DNA of 64,000 nt, from NCBI GenBank assembly GCA_963514005.1, contig OY740799.1, positions 31,062,001 through 31,126,000 on the forward strand. The letters run 5' to 3'. This DNA is from Raja brachyura (taxonomy: Eukaryota). This document shows, in pieces, positions 1 through 13,200 of the stretch. Under the pieces are notes generated by a model. It was not told the DNA's origin. It saw only the letters and a list, made by a program, of their open reading frames with translations, and searched no databases. A program made the translations under genes and the position numbers. Numbering within the stretch: position 1 is the first letter of the stretch; each line of letters begins with the position of its first letter.

Positions 1-3000
1 GTTGTTTCTATATTTTTGTGGTGAGAAACTACATTTTTGGAATAAAACAATGAACAAATATTCCTGAAGAGGGGGCTATATAGAGCTTCACTAAACAAAA
101 GCACAGAGTCCAAAAGGAAACGCTAACAAGATTGATAGATGATGTTACTAACCTGATGTAGTGCTGGTGGTGGTCTCAGTTGTTGGTGTCGTTTCTAGTG
201 AAAGAAAAGATTGCTGTATTCAAGTGGGGCAGCCAAGAGGAATTGGTACGCAGTTATAAAGCCATCAACAGGAATTCATGAGCTGGCACATTTCATGAAA
301 GTGTTTTAATATGTAGATTGGTTACTTCTTACTAATATGCGAAGATAAACTGCTCAGCAACAACAGACTGTATCCCCCGCAGCTTCTCCACGGTGTTCGG
401 CGCCCAGCACGCTTATTTCACCACCTCCAATCGGTGTGTCTCCGGTGCCATCCCCGGTCACTTCCCCGGTCAATTCCCCGTCACTTTACCGATTAATTGA
501 ATAAAGCGTGCGATCATACTATAGGCTGCATTACTTTTGTACTTGTCAATCAGCGGCTCAATAATTCAGGGTCATCATGAACAATTTCAATTTCTTAATG
601 TACCAACTTCAGATTTTGTGGAAGCTCAGCAGTATTCTAAGAACTATTGATCAGAAATTTAGAACATAAGGAGCGGTAAAGTGCCACAACTGGCGCAACT
701 CCTACCTCACAGCACCAGAGACATCAGATTGATTTGTTCCGTGTGTGCTGTGTACATGGAGATGACATGCCCTCCCTGTTATGTGTTGCTTTCCTACAAG
801 TATCTGAAATATATTTTACTAACCTGATGTGGTGCTGGTAGTGGTCTCTGTTGTTGATGTAGTTGTTGGTGTTCCTAGTGAAAGAAAATAAAGCAATATT
901 TAACCAAGACAGCCAAGAGGAATTGGTATACAGCTAACTATTGGTAGTCAGGAAACCATCAGCAGCAATTCATATGCTGGTACACTTTATTAAAATATTA
1001 ACTATTGGCAGTCAAGAAACCATCAGAAGGAATTCATAGGCTGGCACGCATTATTAAAAAGTTTAACAGATGGCATTTTTGTTCTTCGTAGAATAAAATG
1101 GCAGAGCAAAATATATTTGATCATTCAGCAGCTGAATATTTCTGTGCCATCACAAATAAACCTGTTCTGACTATACATCAGTTACGGATATCCTGGAAGA
1201 TTACCGTCTTCCAAAGACCTCAAAATCACCATGTTGTCCAATACCATTATGTGTTGAACCATGTTTGAAAAATCTTTGAACTGAAACAAAACTGTTTAAC
1301 AGCGTTGCCATGACAAAAAAACTCCAGGAATAGTGGAAGAGGTGAAGGGAAGAGACCTTTTCTATAAATGTGAAAATCCTTATCCATGTCTGCTGAAAGG
1401 TGCCAGACTCAATTCTCTTTGTAAAATCATTGCTTGCAATCAGCAACAAAATGCCTCCTTAATTCGGTAGTTGTTTCTATATTTTTGAGGTGAGAAACTA
1501 CATTTTTGGAATAAAACAATGAACAAATATTCATGAAGAGGGGGCTAGAAAAGAGCTTCACTAAACAAAGCACAGAGTCCAAAAGGAATAGCTAACAAGA
1601 TTGATAGATGATGATACTAACCTGATGTAGTGCTGGTGGTGGTCTCAGTTGTTGGTGTTGTTTCTAGTGAAAGAAAAGATTGCTCTATTCAAGTGGGGCA
1701 GCCAAGAGAATTGGAACGCAGTTATGAAGCCATCAACAGGAATTCAAGAACTGGCATATTTTATGAAAACGTTTTACTAGTTGTCACTTTCTTCATCAGT
1801 GAATAAACCATGCGGCCATACTATACGGCTGCATTACTTTTTCCTTGTCTTTCAGAAATTGCTGCTGATCAGGCATTTAGAAAGATTGATTTGGCACAGA
1901 TGTGCAGCTGGTAGAGCTGCAGCCTCATAGTGTCATAGATTTGTATTCTATCCTAACCTCGGGTGCTGTCAGGGCTGGGATTGCACGTTCTCCCTTTCAC
2001 TACCTGTGATCCCCCCAAGTTTTTAACAGAGGATGATACTGACCTGATGTAGTGGTGGTCCCAGATGTTGATGTAGTTGTTTCTAGTGAAATAAAAAAAT
2101 GTTATGTTCCACTGAGACAAACAAGAGGAATTGTTATGCAGTTTAGAATCCTTCAACAGGAATTTATCAACTGGCCGGTTTAATAAGACATTTTACACAT
2201 TGATCTTTCCTTATCAGTGAATATAGCGTGTGGCCATACTATGCTGCTGCATTACTTTTTCCTTCTCAATCAGCTGCTGAATGTCAGGGCCTTCACAAAT
2301 AATTACAATTTCTTAATGTACCAACTTCAGATTTTGTGGAAGCTCAGCAAGTATTCCAAGAATTATTGATCATAAATTTACAACATAAGCAGCGGTAAAG
2401 TGCCACAACTGTTGCAACTCCTACCTCACAGCACCAGAGACTTCAGATTGATTTGTTCCACGGGTGCTGTGTGCATGGAGATTACATGTACTCCCTGTTA
2501 TGTGTGCCTTTCCTACATGTGTGTGAAATATATTGTCACTAACCTGATGTAGTACTGGTAGTAGTCTCTGTTATTGATGTAGTTGTTGGTGTTTCTAGTG
2601 AAAGAAAATAATGCAATATTCAACCAGGACAGCCAAGAGGAATTGGTACATAGCTAACTATTGGTAGTCAGGAAACCATCAGCAGGAATTCATATGGTGG
2701 CACAGTTAATTGAAATGTTTAACAGATGGCATTTTTGTACTTCATAGAATAAAATTGCAGGGAAAATATAATTTTGATCAATCAGAAGCTGAATATTTCA
2801 GTGCCATCACAAATAATTCTGTTCTATCTATACACCAGTTGCAGATTTCCTGCAAAGATCAACCATCTTCCAAAGACTGCAAGGTCTACTTAATACCGTC
2901 ATTTCTGATAGTATGTACTGTGCGTACTATGGGTAAGCATGTCTGTTCATATGCCCCATTGATACATGATTATCAACTTGCATAAATTGTGTTCATTATA

Positions 3001-6000
3001 ATCATGGTTTTGTTTTTTGCTATGGAATGGCCGTAGAAATTGAGAAGCAGAAAACACCAACTCATTTCCTCCACAAATCCAAACTATTTTGAAATTGTGA
3101 TAGAATTTGGTAAAATTGTTATGAGTCAAACATTGACATCTTAACATGTATATTTGCACAATTTATGCCAATAATTTAAGCAAAGATGCAAGAAGAAAGT
3201 CACAGAGCTGATGTTAGAAATGTTGTCTCATTGTCTTTGATTTGCCAATGTTTATTGAAAGTGGTTTGACTCACCTGTTGTGGAACTGGAGGTAGTCTCA
3301 GTTGTTCCAGTTGTCAAAGATGTTGTTGGTGTTGTTCCTGGAGAGCAAATAGAAAATAATTTACAAATTGAATTGCAAGAGTCACCAATCAATTTCAGTA
3401 CGACACTGTACATTTTCCTGAGACTGGGCTGAATTTTAACAATGTTCATTGCTTGTGCCTATGCAAAGGACATTTATTAGTTAACCGAATTTTGCTTCGT
3501 CATTTATCAAATGCACTGAAATTATGAATAGACATTGTGATTTTTAGAAGAAAGTTCTAAACTCCTTCGTTGATCAACTTTGGAACAATCATTGAGCAGA
3601 AACAAAACTGTTTAACAGCGCTGCCATGACCAAAAACTCCCGGAATAGTGGAGGAGGCGAAGGGAAGAGATCTTTTCTAAAAAGTGAAAATCCTTATCCA
3701 TGTCAACTGAAAAGTGCCAGATTTAATTCTCTTTTTGAAATTATTGTAGGCAACCAGCACCAAAAGGCCTCCTTAATTTGGTACTTACTTCTATATTTTC
3801 GTGGTGAGAAACTACATTTTTGGAATAAAGCAATGAACAAATATTCATGAAGAGGGTGCGATATGGAGCTTCACTAAACAAAGCACCGAATACAAAAGGA
3901 AAAGTTAACAAGATTGACAGATGATGTTACTAACCTGATGTAGTGCTGGTGGTGGTCTCAGTTGTTGGTGTCGTTTCTAGTGAAAGAAAAAATTGCTGTA
4001 TTCAAGTGGGGCAGCCAAGAGGAATTGGTACGCAGTTATAAAGCCATCAACAGGAATTCATGAGCTGGCACATTTTATGAAAGTGTTTTAATATGTAGAT
4101 TGGTTACTTCTTACTAATATGCGAAGATAAACTGCTCAGCAACAACAGACTGTATCCCCCGCAGCCTCTCCACAGTGTTCTGCACCCAGCACGCTTATTT
4201 CACCACCTCCAATCGGTGTGTCTCCGGTGCCATCCCCGCTCACTTCCCCGGTCAATTCCCCGTCACTTTACCGATTAATTGAATAAAGCCATGCGACTAT
4301 ACTATAGGCTGCATTACTTTTTACTTGTCAATCAGCAGCTGAATATTTCAGGTCCATCATGAACAATTTCAATTTCTTAATGTACCAACTTCAGATTTTG
4401 TGGAAGCTCAGCAAGTATTCTAAGAACTATTGATCAGAAATTTAGAACATAAGGAGCGGTAAAGTGCCACATCTGGCGCAACTCCTACCTCACAGCACCA
4501 GAGACTTCAGATTGATTTATTCCGTGGGTGTTATGTGCATGAAAACTACATGTACTCCCCGTTATGTGTGCCTTTCCTACAAGTATCTGAAATATATTGT
4601 CACTAACCTGATGTGGTGCTGGTAGTGGTCTCTGTTGTTGATGTAGTTGTTGGTGTTCCTAGTGAAAGAAAATAAAGCAAGATTTAACCAAGACAGCCAG
4701 AGGAATTGGTATACAGCTAACTATTGGTAGTCAGGAAACCATCAGCAGCAATTCATATGCTGGTACACTTTATTAAAATGTTTAACAGATGACATTTTTG
4801 TTCAACCTAGAATAAAATGGCAAGGCAAAATATACATTTGATAAATCAGCAGCTGAATATTTCAGTGCAATCACAAATAATCCTGTTCTATCTATACACC
4901 AGCTGCGGATTTCCTGGAAGATCAACCGTCTTCCAAAGACAACAAGGTCTACTTAATACCATATTTTATAATACCATTATTCGTGGATCCATTTTTGAAA
5001 AATCTTTGTGCTGAAACAAAACTGTTTAACTGCGTTGCCATGACCAAAAACTACAGGAATAGTGGAAGAGGTGAAGGGAAGAGACCTTTTCTATAAAATT
5101 GAAAATCCTTATTCATGTCTGCTGAAAGGTGCCAGACTCAATTCTCTTTTTAAAATTATGGCAGGCAATCAGCAACAAATGGCCTCCTCAATTCGGTGGT
5201 TGTTTCTATATTTTTGTGGTGAGAAACTACATTTTTGGAATAAAACAATGAACAAATATTCCTGAAGAGGGGGCTATATAGAGCTTCACTAAACAAAGCA
5301 CAGAGTCCAAAAGGAAACGCTAACAAGATTGATAGATGATGTTACTAACCTGATGTAGTGCTGGTGGTGGTCTCAGTTGTTGGTGTCGTTTCTAGTGAAA
5401 GAAAAGATTGCTGTATTCAAGTGGGGCAGCCAAGAGGAATTGGTACGCAGTTATAAAGCCATCAACAGGAATTCATGAGCTGGCACATTTCATGAAAGTG
5501 TTTTAATATGCATATTCTTACTATTATGCAAAGATAAACTGCTCAGCAACAACAGACTGTTTCCCTCGCAGCCTCTCCCTGGCGTTCTGCACCCAGCACG
5601 CTTCTTTCACCACCTCCAATCGGTGTGTCTCCGGTGCCATCCCCGCTCACTTCCCCAGTCAATTCCCCGTCACTTTACCGATTAATTGAATAAAGCGTGC
5701 GACCATACTATAGGCTGCATTACTTTTTACTTGTCAATCAGCAGCTGAATATTTCAGGGCCATCATGAACAATTTCAATTTCTTAATGTACCAACTTCAG
5801 ATTTTGTGGAAGCTCAGCAAGTATTCTAAGAACTATTGATCAGAAATTTAGAACATAAGGAGCGGTAAAGTGCCACAACTGGCGCAACTTCTACCTCACA
5901 GCACCAGAGACTTCAGATTGATTTATTCCGTGGGTGTTATGTGGATGAAAATTACATGTACTCCCCGTTATGTGTGCCTTTCCTACAAGTATCTGAAATA

Positions 6001-9000
6001 TATTGTCACTAACCTGATGTGGTGCTGGTAGTGGTCTCTGTTGTTGATGTAGTTGTTGGTGTTCCTAGTGAAAGAAAATAAAGCAAGATTTAACCAAGAC
6101 AGCCAGAGGAATTGGTATACAGCTAACTATTGGTAGTCAGGAAACCATCAGCAGCAATTCATATGCTGGTACACTTTATTAAAATGTTTAATAGATGACA
6201 TTTTTGTTCAACCTAGAATAAAATGGTAAGGCAAAATATACATTTGATAAATCAGCAGCTGAATATTTCGGTGCAATCACAAATAATCCTGTTCTATCTA
6301 TACACCAGCTGCGGATTTCCTGGAAGATCAACCGTCTTCCAAAGACAGCAAGGTCTACTTAATACAATATTTTATAATATCATTATTCGTGGATCCATTT
6401 TTGAAAAATCTTTGAGCTGAAACAAAACTGTTTAACTGCGCAAAATCTATAGGAATAGTGGAAGAGGCGAAGGGAAGAGACCTTTTCTATAAAAGTGAAA
6501 ATCCTTATCCATGTCTGCTGAAAGGTGCCAGACTCAATTCTCTTTTTAAAATTATGGCAGGCAATCAGCAACAAATGGCCTCCTCAATTCGGTGGTTGTT
6601 TCTATAATTTTTGTGGTGAGAAACTACATTTGTTTTTGGAATAAAACAATGAACAAATATTCCTGAAGAGGGGGCTATATAGAGCTTCACTAAACAAAGC
6701 ACAGAGTCCAAAAGGAAACGCTAACAAGATTGATAGATGATGTTACTAACCTGATGTAGTGCTGGTGGTGGTCTCAGTTGTTGGTGTCGTTTCTAGTGAA
6801 AGAAAAGATTGCTGTATTCAAGTGGGGCAGCCAAGAGGAATTGGTACGCAGTTATAAAGTCATCATCAGGAATTCATGAGCTGGCACATTTCATGAAAGT
6901 GTTTTAATATGCATATTCTTACTAATATGCAAAGATAAACTGCTCAGCAACAACAGACTGTATCCCCGCAGCCTCTCCCTGGCGTTCTGCACCCAGCACG
7001 CTTATTTCACCACCTCCAATCGGTGTGTCTCCGGTGCCATCCCCGGTCACTTCCCCGTCACTTTATCGATTAATTGAATAAAGCGTGCGATCATACTATG
7101 GGCTGCATTACTTTTTACTTGTCAATCAGCGGCTGAATAATTCAGGGTCATCATGAACAATTTCAATTTCTTAATGTACCAACCAGATTTTGTGGAAGCT
7201 TAGCAAGTATTCCAAGAACTACTCATCATAAATTTACAACATAAGGAGCGGTAAAGTGCCACAACAGTTGCAACTCCTACCTCACAGCACCAGAGACATC
7301 AGATTGATTTGTTCCGTGGGTGCTGTGTACATGGAGATGTCATGCCCTCCCTGTTATGTGTTGCTTTCCTACAAGTATCTGAAATATATTTCACTAACCT
7401 GATGTGGTGCTGGTAGTGGTCTCTGTTGTTGATGTAGTTGTTGGTGTTCCTAGTGAAAGAAAATTAAGGAGTATTTAACCAAGACAGCCAAGAGGAATTG
7501 GTATACAGCTAACTATTGGTAGTCAGGAAACCATCAGCAGCAATTCATATGCTGGTACACTTAATTCATATGTTTAACAGATGGCATTTTTGTTCTTCAT
7601 AGAATAAAATTGCAGGGAAAATATAATTTTGATCAATCAGAAGCTGAATATTTCAGTGCCATCACAAATAATTCTGTTCTATCTATGCACCAGTTGCAGA
7701 TTTCCTGCAAAGATCAACCATCTTCCAAAGACTGCAAGGTCTACTTAATACCATCATTTCTGATAGTATGTACTGTGTGTACTATGGGTAAGCATGTCTG
7801 TTCATATGCCCCATTGATACATGATTATCAACTTGCATAAATTGTGTTCATTATAATCATGGTTTTGTTTTTTTCTACGGAATGGCCGTAGAAATTGAGA
7901 AGCAGAAAACACCAACTCATTTCCTCCACAAATCCAAACTATTTTGAAATTGTGACATAATTTGGTAAAATTGTTATGAGTCAAACATTGACATCTTAAC
8001 ATGTATATTTGCACAATTTATGCCAATAATTTAAGCAAAGATGCAAGAAGTAAGTCACAGATCCGATTTTAGAAATGTTGTCTCATTGTCTTTGATTTGC
8101 CAATGTTTATTGAAAGTGGTTTGACTCACCTGTTGTGGAACTGGAGGTAGTCTCAGTTGTTCCAGTTGTCAAAGATGTTGTTGGTGTTGTTCCTGGAGAG
8201 CAAATAAAAAAATAATTTACAAATTGAATTGCAAGAGTCACCAATCAATTTCAGTACGACACTGTACATTTTCCTGAGACTGGGCTGAATTTTAACAATG
8301 TTCATTGCTTGTGCCTATGCAAAGGACAATTATTAGTTAACCGAATTTTGCTTCGTCATTTATCAAATGCACCGAAATTATAAATAGACATTGAGATTTT
8401 TAGAAGAAAGTTCTAAACTCCTTCGTTGATCAACTTTGGAACAATCATTGAGCAGAAACAAAACTGTTTAACAGCGTTGCCATGACCAAAAACTCCCGGA
8501 ATAGTGGAGGAGGCGAAGGGAAGAGATCTTTTCTAAAAAGTGAAAATCCTTATCCATGTCAACTGAAAAGTGCCAGATTTAATTCTCTTTTTGAAATTAT
8601 TGTAGGCAACCAGCACCAAAAGGCCTCATTAATTTGGTATTTACTTCTATATTTTCGTGGTGAGAAACTACATTTTTGGAATAAAGCAATGAACAAATAT
8701 TCATGAAGAGGGTGCGATATGGAGCTTCACTAAACAAAGCACCAAATACAAAAGGAAAAGTTAACAAGATTGACAGATGATGTTACTAACCTGATGTAGT
8801 GCTCGTGGTGGTCTCAGTTGTTGGTGTCGTTTCTAGTGAAAGAAAAGATTGCTGTATTCAAGTGGGGCAGCCAAGAGGAATTGGTACGCAGTTATAAAGC
8901 CATCAACAGGAATTCATGAGCTGGCACATTTCATGAGAGTGTTTTAATATGTAGATTGGTTACTTCTTACTAATATGCGAAGATAAACTGCTCAGCAACA

Positions 9001-10256
9001 ACAGACTGTATCCCCGCAGCCTCGCCACAGCGTTCTGCACCCAGCACGCTTATTTCACCACCTCCAATCGGTGTGTCTCCGGTGCCATCCCCGGTCACTT
9101 CCCCGGTCAATTCCCCGTCACTTTATCGATTAATTGAATAAAGCGTACGATCATACTATAGGCGGCATTACTTTTTACTTGTCAATCAGCGGCTGAATAA
9201 TTCAGGGTCATGATGAACAATTTCAATTTCTTAATGTACCAACTTCAGATTTTGTGGAAGCTCAGCAGTATTCTAAGAACTATTGATCAGAAATTTAGAA
9301 CATAAGGAGCGGTAAAGTGCCCCAACTGGCGCAACTCCTACCTCACAGCACCAGAGACATCAGATTGATTTGTTCCGTGGGTGCTGTGTACATGGAGATG
9401 ACATGACCTCCCTGTTATGTGTTGCTTTCCTACAAGTATCTGAAATATATTTCACTAACCTGATGTGGTGCTGGTAGTGGTCTCTGTTGTTGATGTAGTT
9501 GTTGCTGTTCCTAGTGAAAGAAAATAAAGCAATATTTAACCAAGACAGCCAAGATGAATTGGTATACAGCTAACTATTGGTAGTCAGGAAACCATCAGCA
9601 GCAATTCATATGCTGGTACACTTTATTAAAATATTAACTATTGGCAGTCAAGAAACCATCAGAAGGAATTCATAGGCTGGCATGCATTATTAAAAAGTTT
9701 AACAGATCGCATTTTTGTTCTTCGTAGAATAAAATGGCAGAGCAAAATATATTTGATCATTCAGCAGCTGAATATTTCTGTGCCTTCACAAATAAACCTG
9801 TTCTGACTATACATCAGTTACGGATATCCTGGAAGATTACCGTCTTCCAAAGACCTCAAAATCACCATGTTGTCCAATACCATTATGTGTTGAACTATGT
9901 TTGAAAAATCTTTGAGCTGAAACAAAACTGATTAACAACGGTGCCATGACAAAAAAACTCCAGGAATAGTGGAAAAGGTGCAGTGAAGAGACCTTTTCTA
10001 TAAAAGTGAAAATCCTTATCCATGTCTGCTGAACGGTGCCAGACTCAATTCTCTTTGTAAAATTATTGCTTGCAATCAGCAACAAAAGGCTTCCTTAATT
10101 CGGTAGTTGTTTCTATATTTTTGAGGTGAGAAACTACATTTTTGGAATAAAACAATGAACAAATATTCATGAAGAGGGGGCTATATAGAGCTTCACTAAA
10201 CAAAGCACAGAGTCCTAAAGGAAAAGCTAACAAGATTGATAGATGATGATACTAAC
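1..10256. repeat. Irregular, more diverged part of the same array with 15 micro-exons
   Basis: Minus-strand exons: 153-194 (A), 824-874 (B), 1622-1663 (A), 2044-2082 (C), 2544-2594 (D), 3275-3337 (E), 3935-3976 (A), 4608-4658 (B), 5350-5391 (A), 6014-6064 (B), 6751-6792 (A), 7399-7449 (B), 8130-8192 (E), 8791-8832 (A), 9460-9510 (B). The intron modules are the same as in the main array but in a different order. Confidence 0.92.
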
Positions 10257-13200
10257 CTGATGTAGTGCTGGTGGTGGTCTCAGTTGTTGGTGTTGTTTCT
10301 AGTGAAAGAAAAGATTGCTCTATTCAAGTGGGGCAGCCAAGAGAATTGGAACGCAGATATGAAGCCATCAACAGGAATTCATCAACTGGCATATTTTATG
10401 AAAACGTTTTACTAGTTGTCACTTTCTTCATCAGTGAATAAACCATGCGGCCATACTATACGGCTGCATTACTTTTTCCTTGTCTTTGAGAAATTGCATC
10501 TGATCAGGCATCTAGAAATATTGATTTGGCACAGCTGTGCAGCTGGTAGAGCTGCAGCCTCATAGTGTCATAGATTTGTATTCTATCCTAACCTCGGGTG
10601 CTGTCAGGGCTGGGATTGCACGTTCTCCCTTTCACTACCTGTGATCCCCCCAAGTTTTTAACAGAGGATGATACTGACCTGATGGAGTGGTGGTCCCAGA
10701 TGTTGATGTAGTTGTTTCTAGTGAAATAAAAAAATGTTATGTTCCACTGAGACAAACAAGAGGAATAGTTATGCGGTTTAGAATCCTCCAACAGGAATTT
10801 ATCAACTGGCACCTTTTAATAAGAAATTTTACACTTGATCTTTACTTATCAGTGAATATAGCGTATGGCCATACTATGCTGCTGCATTACTTTTTCCTTG
10901 TCAATCAGCTGCTGAATGTCAGGGCCACCACAAATAATTCCAACTTCTTAATGTACCAACTTCAGATTTTGTGGAAGCTCAGCAAGTATTCCAAGAACTA
11001 CTGATCATAAATTTACAACATAAGCAGCGGTAAAGTGCCACAACTGTTGCAACTCCTACCTCACAGCACCAGAGACTTCAGATTGATTTGTTCCGTGGGT
11101 GCTGTGTGCATGGAGATTACATGTACTCCCTGTTATGTGTGCCTTTCCTACATGTGTGTGAAATATATTGTCACTAACCTGATGTAGTACTGGTAGTGGT
11201 CTCTGTTGTTGATGTAGTTGTTGGTGTTTCTAGTGAAAGAAAATAATGCAATATTCAACCAGGACAGCCAAGAGGAATTGGTACATAGCTAACTATTGGT
11301 AGTCAGGAAACCATCAGCAGGAATTCATATGGTGGCACACTTAATTGAAATGTTGAACAGAAGGCATTTTTGTTCTTCACAGAATAAAATTGTAGGGAAA
11401 ATATAATTTTGATCAATCAGAAGCTGAATATTTCAGTGCCATCACAAATAATTCTGTTCTATCTATACACCAGTTGCAGATTTCCTGGAAGATCAACCAT
11501 CTTCCAAAGACTGCAAGGTCTACTTAATACCATCATTTCCGATAGTATGTACTGTGTGTACTATGGGTAAGCATGTCTGTTCATATGCCCCATTGATACA
11601 TGATTATCAACTTGCATAAATTGTGTTCATTATAATCATGTTTTTGATTTTTACTATGGAATGGCCGTAGAAATTGAGAAGCAGAAAACACCAACTCATT
11701 TCCTCCACAAATCCAAACTATTTTGAAATTGTGACATAATTTGGTAGAATTGTTATGAGTCAAACATTGACATCTTAACATGTATATTTGCACAATTTAT
11801 GCCAATAATTTAAGCAAAGATGCAAGAAGTAAGTCACAGAGCTGATGTTAGAAATGTTGTCTCATTGTCTTCGATTTGCCAATGTTTATTGAAAGTGGTT
11901 TGACTCACCTGTTGTGGAACTGGAGGTAGTCTCAGTTGTTCCAGTTGTCAAAGATGTTGTTGGTGTTGTTCCTGGAGAGCAAATAGAAAAGAATTTACAA
12001 ATTGAATTGCAAGAGTCACCAATCAATTTCAGTACGACACTGTACATTTTCAAAAGACTGGGCTGAATTTTAACAATGTTCATTGCTTGTGCCTATGCAA
12101 AGGACATTTATTAGTAAACCAAATTTTGTTTCGTCATTTATCAAATGCACCGAAATTATAAATAGACATTGTGATTTTTAGAAGAAAGTTCTAAACTCCT
12201 TCGTTGATCAACTTTGGAACCATCATTGAGCAGAAACAAAACTGTTTAACAGCGCTGCCATGACCAAAAACTCCCGGAATAGTGGAGGAGGCGAAGGGAA
12301 GAGACCTTTTCTAAAAAGTGAAAATCCTTATCCATGTCAACTGAAAAGTGCAGATTTAATGCTCTTTTTGAAATTATTGTAGGCAACCAGCACCAAAAGG
12401 CCTCATTAATTTGGTATTTACTTCTATATTTTCGTGGTGAGAAACTACATTTTTGGAATAAAGCAATGAACAAATATTCATGAAGAGGGTGCGATATGGA
12501 GCTTCACTAAACAAAGCACCGAATCCAAAAGGAAAAGTTAACAAGATTGATAGATGATGTTACTAACCTGATGTAGTGCTGGTGGTGGTCTCAGTTGTTG
12601 GTGTCGTTTCTAGTGAAAGAAAAGATTGCTCTATTCAAGTGGGGCAGCCAAGAGGAATTGGTACTCAGTTATAAAGCCATCAACAGGAATTCATGAGCTG
12701 GCACATTTCATGAAAGTGTTTTAATATGTAGATTGGTTACTTCTTACTAATATGCGAAGATAAACTGCTCAGCAACAACAGACTGTATCCCCCGCAGCCG
12801 CTCCATGGCGTTCTGCACCCAGCACGCTTATTTCACCACCTCCAATCGGTGTGTCTCCGGTGCCATCCCCGGTCACTTCCCCGTCACTTTATCGATTAAT
12901 TGAATAAAGCGTGCGATCATACTATGGGCTGCATTACTTTTTACTTGTCAATCAGCGGCTGAATAATTCAGGGTCATCATGAACAATTTCAATTTCTTAA
13001 TGTACCAACTTCAGATTTTGTGGAAGCTCAGCAGTATTCTAAGACCTATTGATCAGAAATTTAGAACATAAGGAGCGGTAAAGTGCCACAACTGGCGCAA
13101 CTCCTACCTCACAGCACCAGAGACATCAGATTGATTTGTTCCGTGGGTGCTGTGTACATGGAGATGACATGCCCTCCCTGTTATGTGTTGCTTTCCTACA

